The notes below the pieces were generated by a model. The model ran no database searches, had not been told where the DNA came from, and worked only from the letters and a program-made list of their open reading frames with translations. Source: Phaeosaccion multiseriatum (taxonomy: Eukaryota; Protista; Ochrophyta, other classes). From it: a stretch of 64,000 nt of DNA. Of the stretch, positions 50,974-60,500 are shown in pieces. How positions within the stretch are numbered: position 1 is the stretch's first letter; each line of letters starts with the position of its first letter. The translations under genes were made by a program, and so were the position numbers. The stretch covers positions 3,878,976 through 3,942,975 of the forward strand of contig OZ218956.1 of assembly GCA_965112735.1 (NCBI GenBank), given 5' to 3'.

Positions 50974-51913
50974 CAAGTTAGTGATACAGCCGGCCGCAGA
51001 GGGCATGGCGGTGGAGGTTGAGGGTGGCAGTGCCCGGGAGCGGGGGGGGCAGCAGCAGCAGCAGCAGGAAGAAGAGGAGGAGGAGCAGTCGGTGGTGCAG
51101 CAGGTGATACAGTCGTTGTCAGCGCGCAGTCCCCCTCGTGGGGCCGTGCCGCCTCGCCCCACCTCCATATCCACGCTGGGCGGGGCTCGCCAGGAGCGCT
51201 ATAGCACCAGGCAGTCACCAGTAAGGGGCTCGGAAGGGGCCTTGTCCTCCCAGTGGGGCATCGCCAGCAGCAGCGGGGCGGGGGGGGGAGCGGGCTCGCG
51301 CAGGGAGAGACACCGCAACGGCTCCCTGTCACCCCCGGGGATTATGTCAGCGCAGGAGTTGGCGGCAAGGGCGGAGGCCTACCTCACCGGCGCGATGCCC
51401 ACGGTGCCTCCAGACGAACACTCCAGCCCGGGAGGAGGAGGAGGAGGAGGGGGGGCGCGGAGCAGGAGTGGCAGTACCAACCCGAGCGGCGGCGACGAGG
51501 CCTTTAGTGCTCCTCTACCCCCCCCGGCAATGGCCAAGGATAGAGGAGGAGACGTGCAGGTACAGCAGCAGCCCGGCGGGGTGCCCGGGTACATGAGCAG
51601 CGCAGGCACGCGCTCGAGGAGCGGCACGAACATGTCTCTTGACTCGCTCGGCTCCCAACCCTACCTCAACACGCCCATCCGCCTCAACACGGAGGACGAG
51701 CTGCACCTGAACCTCAACGGGCCCATTCGCATGAACACGGATGAGGAGATTGACCTCATGTTCAACGGGGACCGCCAGGCGGTGGCCGACCATATGCAGG
51801 CCCTGCTCGCGGGAGCGGGCAGCAGTAGCATCAGCAGCAGAGGAACAGACGGCAGCGGTGGCGGCAGCCGCGGCAAGGCGACAGGGGCAGGGGCAGGGGC
51901 AGGCAGTGGATGA
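48245..51913 (+). CDS. Three-repeat (R1R2R3) MYB transcription factor, exons 48245-48337, 48452-48664, 48824-49009, 49801-49889, 50068-51913
   Basis: R1 KWEKWEDERLRMVVEANGGKNWRHIAESLGTQRNDVQCLHRWNEVVKP; R2 KGPWTKDEDEILSRCV...WAGVADLLPGRFGKQCRERWFNHLAP; R3 KKGAWEPEEDDILFGAQQLIGNRWAEIARLLKGRPENMVKNRFNS. All intron phases are consistent. Confidence 0.93.
49120..49765. repeat. Compound microsatellite (TCC)n-(TAC)n-(TCC/TCCACC)n filling MYB intron 3
   Basis: Directly visible; about 245 bp of TAC followed by about 360 bp of TCC. Confidence 0.95.
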
Positions 51914-52188
51914 CGCGAGGAGAGGCGGTGAGGCGCTGTATGGCGCTCGAGTGGGACATGGAGCGACATGCATGGAGTGTGTGGGGATTGACTGGCTGGT
52001 CAATTGAGTGGCTTGTCCGTGGCCCTCGCTGAGTCGAGGGGGGGCGGGCAGGGGCGGCAGCTGGCGGTTCGGCAGCAGTACAGGAGCGTCACTCCCCTCA
52101 GGGCCCCTTGAGGGCCTGGCGGGGGCTCCGGTGGTACCCAGTCGTAGTCTCGTAGAGGGGGGAGTCGGGGATAGTCGGGGACTGACAC

Positions 52189-52569
52189 TCAGCCCCATAC
52201 ACGCCTAGCGGTTTTGCTCTAGGCCGCTCACTTTTCACCAGTCCTAGGCGGCCTCTAGCCCGCCTCTAGGCAGCCTCCCAGTGACCGTGGGCGCGTGCGT
52301 GGTGCCGCCCAGCCAGTGGGTAGCAGCACACCTGTAGGCCTGCACACCTCGTAGGGCCAGCGAGGCGGAAAGAGACAACACAAACCTACTCCCTTCTAAC
52401 TGACTACTCTTTGCACTCTGGGCACTCCCACCGTCCGCCTACAGTAGTTGGCTTCTGCCCTAGGCGGCGGCATATAAATAGGCCGACGCTAGGCCGGGCA
52501 ATTTTCCCAATTAGGCCTATAGGAGGCCGCTAGGCGATAAGCGTAAACGGTAGGCGTGCATGGGGCTGA
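52189..52569. mobile_element. Non-autonomous TIR element (MITE-like, ~380 bp)
   Basis: Left end TCAGCCCCATACACGCCTAGCGGTTT versus reverse complement of the right end TCAGCCCCATGCACGCCTACCGTTT. Flanking direct repeat TGACAC at 52183-52188 and 52570-52575. Many internal CTAGGC/GCCTAG repeats and no ORF. Confidence 0.75.
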
Positions 52570-52749
52570 TGACACACACACACACCCGCTCCAAATCTAA
52601 CATTCGAAATAAACGCTGGGTTGATGACACACCAGCTCCAACTTCAACCTCACGCTTGGGAATTTAACACAACACAACACAACACAACACAACATTACAC
52701 AACACACCTGCTGCTTGCTTGGCTCCAACGAGAGAGTGAGTAGTGAAGG

Positions 52750-54009
52750 GGGGAAAGGATCATGGCGGAGCCGGCTACGTCGTCCTTGCGATGCCGTACA
52801 TGCGGCCGGCGGTGAGTTCCTTGAGGGGCCTCCTTCATTCTTCAGCACAGGCCCGATGAGCAGAGCGGTGATACGCCCTGCGCTATGTCTCCTCGAAGGG
52901 GTGGACAACGATACGGAGGGCGAGCAGACACCATTCGTGATCTGCTGCTGTTGCGGCCATCCTGCTCATGTACATGAGGGGGCCCTTTCGGTGGAGGACC
53001 CTTAGCTATGAGTTGAGCGAGGAGATAAGGGGAGGTAGCAGCAGCGAGGTAAGTAAAGGGTATAGAAGGCGCAGCCACAAACGGCTGGAGAGGAAGAAGG
53101 GCCTGTAAGCCCTCGGCCAATGACAGAGTATGTGTGTAGAAGAGGAGAAGAAGCAGTCGGAAGGTCAACAGTAAATCGGTCCACACTGCCCCTCTCGCAA
53201 CACGCTGTCCGCTGCTCTGCCTCCCCCCCTCCCTGCGCAGCCACCAACCGTACACAAGCCAGGAGCTCGCCCTCCAGCCAGCCATGGACAGCGCTTCGAG
53301 CGGCCCAGCCTCAGCTGGAGAGGCGCAGCCGGCACAACGCGAGATGCGCAAGCCCCTTCTGCCGAGGGGGGGTAACGCCTCGTCACGAGTGCGGGAGCAG
53401 CAGCAGCCCATACCGACCAAGCCAACTACTTCAAGCGGTGCGTGAGCTCGAGCCCTTTGACTGTTCCACTACCGCCCTATTGCCTCACTCCCTCGTGCAA
53501 TGCTTGTCGCGTGCCCCCACTCAAGACGACCCACTGCCCTCCCTTCTCCCCCTGCCTTCTCTGTCACACAATACTGTTTCGTTCCCCCGTGAAGTGGACC
53601 CGGAGGCCAAGTTGCGGAGGCACCCACACTCACCCATGCTGTCGTGTGTGGTGCTCGAGGAGCTGTAAAGCGACACTCCGCGTCGCCTCTGACCACTCGG
53701 ACTCGATGCGCTTCACCAGCGTGATTGTGACGGCCGCCACGAGTCTCGAGAGCTCCTCCTCCAAGCCCTTGGCCTTGATGCGGTCTTGGGCGTCAAAGAA
53801 GGAGCGAAGTAGCCTCCATACGTCGTTCCACACAGCCACGTTTCGGAAAGTGTTCCTTCTGAGAAAAGTAGAGCGAGCACACAAAGAGAGGCAAATGGCA
53901 AATGGCTGGGGACCGTCCTCTTTCCGCCACCTTGGGCACGACCAAATACTGTCGTGACTTCCTCCGCAAGAAGCGCTGCCACAACGGTATGTGCTCGTAC
54001 TTGCATCAT
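52750..54009 (-). pseudogene. Probable decayed intron-containing gene of unknown family
   Basis: A coding-like block (FRNVAVWNDVWRLLRSFFDAQDRIKAKGLEEELSRLVAAVTITLVKRIESEWSE) ends at a GTGAG donor near 53630. Later GC-rich blocks contain stops. The 5' part is absorbed into a palindrome. Confidence 0.35.
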
Positions 54010-54195
54010 CTTGCATCATGATGCAAGTACGAGCACATACCGTTGTGGCAGCGCTTCTTTAGAAGTCACGACAGTATTTTGGTCGTGCCCAAGGTTGCGG
54101 AAAGAGGACGGTCCCCAGCCATTTGCCTCTCTCTCTGTGCTACTTTTCTCAGAAGGAATACTTTCCGAAACGTGGCGGTATGGAATGACGTATGG
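53816..54195. repeat. Spacerless imperfect palindrome (fold-back duplication, ~180-200 bp arms)
   Basis: Centre CTTGCATCA|TGATGCAAG at 54018/54019. The arms match out to CCATACGTC (53816) and GACGTATGG (54195), with several substitutions and indels. Confidence 0.92.
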
Positions 54196-54962
54196 TGTTA
54201 GAAGTGGCCTAGTTGGGGTCCCTTGGGGACCCAATCAGTAGTGTAACGGCCGGAAAACGGGCCAACTAGACGGTAAATCAGTAATAAAAGAAAGGAAGCG
54301 CAGCCTGCGTGTGGGCTGGCTTCCGGGTGCTTGCTTCAGCTTCTGCTCTGCTCTAGCTTGGCTTTGAGGCTAGCTGTCGGTAGTTTCGACAACCCGGAAG
54401 ACCCGAAAGACACAGGTCTGAGATCCAGCTTTGAGGCTGATTTATTGTGTTGGCTTGAGCTTTGCTTCCAGCTGCCCAGCTTTAGGCCGTAGACAGCTTT
54501 GGGCTTGCTAGGGTGGCACTGGCTGAGGCGGGGATGGACTTCCTGCGGTTCCACGCTGCTAGGGTGGCCAGGGCTGAGGAGGGGGACTTCCTGAGTCTTT
54601 CATCGGCGGAGGGCGCTACGAGTGACGCTGAGGGCGGTGGAGCTGATGGTGGTGCTGCGGACGTGGGGTCTGTGGTATCGGAAGCTGCTGCTCCTCCTGC
54701 GGAGGTCACTGCCAGCCCTGGGGCTGTGGACCGTGTGCGGGCGGCGTTGCGTCGGGGGGAGGAGTCCCTGGAGTCGCCCTCTTTTTTTGAGGGGTCTGCG
54801 ATTACGGCTGCTGCCGCTTCCCCTCCTGCTGCTGGGGTGAGGCCGCTGACGGTGGCGGCGTCGGAGGTTTCCTTCCACTCGGGGGATGCAGAGTCGGTGG
54901 GCCAGGAGGAGAGCACGGTTTGGGATGTGGTTGGCACGCCCTTGGTCCCTCTTGTTGGTGCG

Positions 54963-55752
54963 TCCACTGGTTCTCGAGTCCTGAGGCCTCGGACGAAGTG
55001 GTTCTCCACTGGTTCTCGAGTCCTGCGGCCTCGGACGAGGTGGTTCTCCACTGGTTCTCGAGTCCTGAGGCCGCGGCCGACGTGGTTCTCCACTGGTTCT
55101 CGAGTCCTGAGGCCTCGGACGAAGTGGTTCTCCACTGGTTCTCGAGTCCTGAGGCCGCGGACGAAGTGGTTCTCCAGTGGTCGTCGTGTTAGAAGTCGTG
55201 CTTTTGCTAGACTGGTACCTACCCTCTGAATTCAGACCGGGAGGTACCAGTCTAGCAAAAGCACGACTTCTAACAAGGCCATTGCGAGTTCGAATCCTGG
55301 CTGTAGCTTGTGAAAAAAGTGTGTTTTTCGGCGAAAACTGGTACCGGCTGGCACCCATTAGTCTGATTCCCAGACTGCGAGTTACTTCTCTCCACTATGT
55401 GCGGTGGGGGGGGGGGGTTCGACTTCTAGCATTAGGGCTTGTTAGAAGTCGTGCTTTTGCTAGACTGGTACCTCCCGGTCTGAATTCAGAGGGTAGGTAC
55501 CAGTCTAGCAAAAGCACGACTTCTAACACGACGACCACTGGAGAACCACTTCGTCCGCGGCCTCAGGACTCGAGAACCAGTGGAGAACCACTTCGTCCGA
55601 GGCCTCAGGACTCGAGAACCAGTGGAGAACCACGTCGGCCGCGGCCTCAGGACTCGAGAACCAGTGGAGAACCACCTCGTCCGAGGCCGCAGGACTCGAG
55701 AACCAGTGGAGAACCACTTCGTCCGAGGCCTCAGGACTCGAGAACCAGTGGA
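54963..55752. repeat. Large inverted repeat: ~310-bp arms (about 5 satellite units plus an 89-bp hairpin) around a 164-bp spacer
   Basis: 54963-55275 is the reverse complement of 55440-55752, including the same order of variant satellite units. Each arm has a 34-bp perfect stem TGTTAGAAGTCGTGCTTTTGCTAGACTGGTACCT with a 21-nt loop. Confidence 0.92.
55243..55307 (+). other. tRNA-like relic / possible SINE head (not a functional tRNA)
   Basis: B-box/T-loop GAGTTCGAATCC (55286-55297) preceded by GACTTCTAA (like the tRNA-Arg UCU anticodon loop) and a weak A-box. The stems do not pair properly. Confidence 0.25.
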
Positions 55753-57469
55753 GAACCACTTCGTCCGCGGCCTGAGGACTCGAGAACCAGTGGAGAACAA
55801 CTTTGTCCGAGGCCTCAGGACTCGAGAACCAGTGGAGAACCACTTGAGGCCTCAGGACTCGAGAACCAGCGGAGAATCACTTCGTCCGAGGCCTCAGGAC
55901 TCGACAACCAGTGGAGAACCACTTCGTCCACGGCCTCGGGACTCGAGAACCAGTGGAGAACCACTTGAAGCCTCAGGACTCGAGAACCAGTGGAGAATCA
56001 CTTCGTCCGCGGCCTCAGGACTCGAGAACCAGTGGAGAACCACTTCATCCGCGGCCTCAGGACTCGAGAACCAGTGGAGAACCACTTCGTCCGAGGCCAC
56101 AGGACTCGAGAACCAGTGGAGAACCACTTCGTCCGATGCCTCAGGACTCGAGATCCAGTGGAGAACCACTTCGTCCGAGGCCTCACTACTCGAGAACCAC
56201 TTGAGAACCACTTCGTCCGAGGCCTCAGGACTCGAGAACCAGTGGAGAACCACTTCGTCCGAGGCCTCAGGACTCGAGAACCAGTGGAGAACCACTTCGT
56301 CCGAGGCCTCAGGACTCCAGAACCAGCGGAGAACCACTTCGTCCGAGGCCTCAGGACTCGAGAACCAGTGGAGAACCACTTCGTCCGAGGCCTCAGGACT
56401 CGAGAACCAGTGGAGAACCGCTTCGTCCGAGGCCTCAGGACTCGAGAACCACTTGAGAACCTCTTCGTCCGAGGCCTCAGGACTCGAGAACCAGTCGAGA
56501 ACCACTTCGGCCGCGGCCTCAGGACTCGAGAACCAGTGGAGAACCACTTCGTCCGCGGCCTCAGGACTCGAGAACCAGTGGAGAACCACTTCGTCCGAGG
56601 CCTCAGGACTCGAGAACCAGTGGAGAACCACTTCTTCCGAGGCCTCAGGACTCGAGAACCAGTGGAGAATCACTTCGTCCGAGGCCTCAGGACTCGAGAA
56701 CCAGTGGAGAACCACTTCGTCCACGGCCTCGGGACTCGAGAACCAGTGGAGAACCACTTGAGGCCTCAGGACTCGAGAACCAGTGGAGAACCACTTCGGC
56801 CGCGGCCTCAGGACTCGAGAACCAGTGGAGAACCACTTCGTCCGAGGCCTCAGGACTCGAGAACCAGTGGAGAACCACTTCGTCCGAGGCCTCAGGACTC
56901 GAGAACCAGTGGAGAACCACTTCGTCCGAGGCCTCAGGACTCGAGAACCAGTGGAGAACCACTTCGTCCGAGGCCTCAGGACTCGAGAACCAGTGGAGAA
57001 CCACTTCGTCCGAGGCCTCAGGACTCGAGAACCAGTGGAGAACCACTTCGTCCGAGGCCTCAGGACTCGAGAACCAGTGGAGAACCACTTCGTCCGAGGC
57101 CTCAGGACTCGAGAACCACTTGAGAACCACTTCGTCAGAGGCCTCAGAGCTCGAGAACCAGTGGAGAACCACTTAAGGCCTCAGGACTCGAGAACCAGTG
57201 GAGAATCACTTCGTCCGAGGCCTCAGGACTCGAGAACCAGTGGAGAACCACTTCGTCCACGGCCTCGGGACTCGAGAACCAGTGGAGATTGAGGCCTCAG
57301 GACTCGAGAACCAGTGGAGAATCACTTCGTCCGCGGCCTCAGGACTCGAGAACCAGTGGAGAACCACTTCGTCCGAGGCCTCAGGACTCGAGAACCAGTG
57401 GAGAACCACTTCGTCCGAGGCCTCAGGACTCGAGAACCAGTGGAGAACCACTTCGTCCGAGGCCTGAGG
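55534..57469 (+). repeat. Subtelomeric 42-bp tandem satellite, about 46 units
   Basis: Consensus GAGAACCAGTGGAGAACCACTTCGTCCGAGGCCTCAGGACTC, with occasional 37-bp units lacking CGTCC. It directly abuts TTAGGG. Confidence 0.97.
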
Positions 57470-57552
57470 TTAGGGTTAGGGTTAGGGTTAGGGTTAGGGT
57501 TAGGGTTAGGGTTAGGGTTAGGGTTAGGGTTAGGGTTAGGGTTAGGGTTAGG
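57470..57552 (+). repeat. Telomeric repeat (TTAGGG)13 plus a partial unit
   Basis: The G-rich strand runs toward the window end, as expected for a right chromosome terminus. Confidence 0.95.
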
Positions 57553-60500
57553 CCAGGCCAGGCCAGGCCAGGCCAGGCCAGGCCAGGCCAGGCCAGGCCA
57601 GGCCAGGCCAGGCCAGGCCAGGCCAGGCCAGGCCAGGCCAGGCCAGGCCAGGCCAGGCCAGGCCAGGCCAGGGCAGGGCCAGGGCCAGGCCAGGGCCAGG
57701 GCCAGGCCAGGCCAGGCCAGGCCAGGCCAGGCCAGGCCAGGCCAGGCCAGGCCAGGCCAGGCCAGGCCAGGCCAGGCCAGGCCAGGCCAGGCCAGGCCAG
57801 GCCAGGCCAGGCCAGGCCAGGCCAGGCCAGGCCAGGCCAGGCCAGGCCAGGCCAGGCCAGGCCAGGCCAGGCCAGGCCAGGCCAGGCCAGGCCAGGCCAG
57901 GCCAGGCCAGGCCAGGCCAGGCCAGGCCAGGCCAGGCCAGGCCAGGCCAGGCCAGGCCAGGCCAGGCCAGGCCAGGCCAGGCCAGGCCAGGCCAGGCCAG
58001 GCCAGGCCAGGCCAGGCCAGGCCAGGCCAGGCCAGGCCAGGCCAGGCCAGGCCAGGCCAGGCCAGGCCAGGCCAGGCCAGGCCAGGCCAGGCCAGGCCAG
58101 GCCAGGCCAGGCCAGGCCAGGCCAGGCCAGGCCAGGCCAGGCCAGGCCAGGCCAGGCCAGGCCAGGCCAGGCCAGGCCAGGCCAGGCCAGGCCAGGCCAG
58201 GCCAGGCCAGGCCAGGCCAGGCCAGGCCAGGCCAGGCCAGGCCAGGCCAGGCCAGGCCAGGCCAGGCCAGGCCAGGCCAGGCCAGGCCAGGCCAGGCCAG
58301 GCCAGGCCAGGCCAGGCCAGGCCAGGCCAGGCCAGGCCAGGCCAGGCCAGGCCAGGCCAGGCCAGGCCAGGCCAGGCCAGGCCAGGCCAGGCCAGGCCAG
58401 GCCAGGCCAGGCCAGGCCAGGCCAGGCCAGGCCAGGCCAGGCCAGGCCAGGCCAGGCCAGGCCAGGCCAGGCCAGGCCAGGCCAGGCCAGGCCAGGCCAG
58501 GCCAGGCCAGGCCAGGCCAGGCCAGGCCAGGCCAGGCCAGGCCAGGCCAGGCCAGGCCAGGCCAGGCCAGGCCAGGCCAGGCCAGGCCAGGCCAGGCCAG
58601 GCCAGGCCAGGCCAGGCCAGGCCAGGCCAGGCCAGGCCAGGCCAGGCCAGGCCAGGCCAGGCCAGGCCAGGCCAGGCCAGGCCAGGCCAGGCCAGGCCAG
58701 GCCAGGCCAGGCCAGGCCAGGCCAGGCCAGGCCAGGCCAGGCCAGGCCAGGCCAGGCCAGGCCAGGCCAGGCCAGGCCAGGCCAGGCCAGGCCAGGCCAG
58801 GCCAGGCCAGGCCAGGCCAGGCCAGGCCAGGCCAGGCCAGGCCAGGCCAGGCCAGGCCAGGCCAGGCCAGGCCAGGCCAGGCCAGGCCAGGCCAGGCCAG
58901 GCCAGGCCAGGCCAGGCCAGGCCAGGCCAGGCCAGGCCAGGCCAGGCCAGGCCAGGCCAGGCCAGGCCAGGCCAGGCCAGGCCAGGCCAGGCCAGGCCAG
59001 GCCAGGCCAGGCCAGGCCAGGCCAGGCCAGGCCAGGCCAGGCCAGGCCAGGCCAGGCCAGGCCAGGCCAGGCCAGGCCAGGCCAGGCCAGGCCAGGCCAG
59101 GCCAGGCCAGGCCAGGCCAGGCCAGGCCAGGCCAGGCCAGGCCAGGCCAGGCCAGGCCAGGCCAGGCCAGGCCAGGCCAGGCCAGGCCAGGCCAGGCCAG
59201 GCCAGGCCAGGCCAGGCCAGGCCAGGCCAGGCCAGGCCAGGCCAGGCCAGGCCAGGCCAGGCCAGGCCAGGCCAGGCCAGGCCAGGCCAGGCCAGGCCAG
59301 GCCAGGCCAGGCCAGGCCAGGCCAGGCCAGGCCAGGCCAGGCCAGGCCAGGCCAGGCCAGGCCAGGCCAGGCCAGGCCAGGCCAGGCCAGGCCAGGCCAG
59401 GCCAGGCCAGGCCAGGCCAGGCCAGGCCAGGCCAGGCCAGGCCAGGCCAGGCCAGGCCAGGCCAGGCCAGGCCAGGCCAGGCCAGGCCAGGCCAGGCCAG
59501 GCCAGGCCAGGCCAGGCCAGGCCAGGCCAGGCCAGGCCAGGCCAGGCCAGGCCAGGCCAGGCCAGGCCAGGCCAGGCCAGGCCAGGCCAGGCCAGGCCAG
59601 GCCAGGCCAGGCCAGGCCAGGCCAGGCCAGGCCAGGCCAGGCCAGGCCAGGCCAGGCCAGGCCAGGCCAGGCCAGGCCAGGCCAGGCCAGGCCAGGCCAG
59701 GCCAGGCCAGGCCAGGCCAGGCCAGGCCAGGCCAGGCCAGGCCAGGCCAGGCCAGGCCAGGCCAGGCCAGGCCAGGCCAGGCCAGGCCAGGCCAGGCCAG
59801 GCCAGGCCAGGCCAGGCCAGGCCAGGCCAGGCCAGGCCAGGCCAGGCCAGGCCAGGCCAGGCCAGGCCAGGCCAGGCCAGGCCAGGCCAGGCCAGGCCAG
59901 GCCAGGCCAGGCCAGGCCAGGCCAGGCCAGGCCAGGCCAGGCCAGGCCAGGCCAGGCCAGGCCAGGCCAGGCCAGGCCAGGCCAGGCCAGGCCAGGCCAG
60001 GCCAGGCCAGGCCAGGCCAGGCCAGGCCAGGCCAGGCCAGGCCAGGCCAGGCCAGGCCAGGCCAGGCCAGGCCAGGCCAGGCCAGGCCAGGCCAGGCCAG
60101 GCCAGGCCAGGCCAGGCCAGGCCAGGCCAGGCCAGGCCAGGCCAGGCCAGGCCAGGCCAGGCCAGGCCAGGCCAGGCCAGGCCAGGCCAGGCCAGGCCAG
60201 GCCAGGCCAGGCCAGGCCAGGCCAGGCCAGGCCAGGCCAGGCCAGGCCAGGCCAGGCCAGGCCAGGCCAGGCCAGGCCAGGCCAGGCCAGGCCAGGCCAG
60301 GCCAGGCCAGGCCAGGCCAGGCCAGGCCAGGCCAGGCCAGGCCAGGCCAGGCCAGGCCAGGCCAGGCCAGGCCAGGCCAGGCCAGGCCAGGCCAGGCCAG
60401 GCCAGGCCAGGCCAGGCCAGGCCAGGCCAGGCCAGGCCAGGCCAGGCCAGGCCAGGCCAGGCCAGGCCAGGCCAGGCCAGGCCAGGCCAGGCCAGGCCAG

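Noticed and set aside
53835-54290. Possible hammerhead ribozymes (CTCAGAA-GGAA..TTCC-GAAAC; CTGATTG-GGTCC..GGACC)
   Set aside because: The CUGANGA core is mismatched at essential positions or the GAAA is missing, and stems I and III are not evident.
55243-55307. Functional tRNA-Arg(UCU) gene
   Set aside because: The acceptor, anticodon and T stems do not pair; kept only as a low-confidence relic.
55534-57469. Satellite as a CRISPR array or as repeat-protein ORFs (ENHFVRGLRTREPV etc.)
   Set aside because: The units are head-to-tail with no unique spacers and no cas genes, in a eukaryotic context. The ORFs arise because 42 is divisible by 3.
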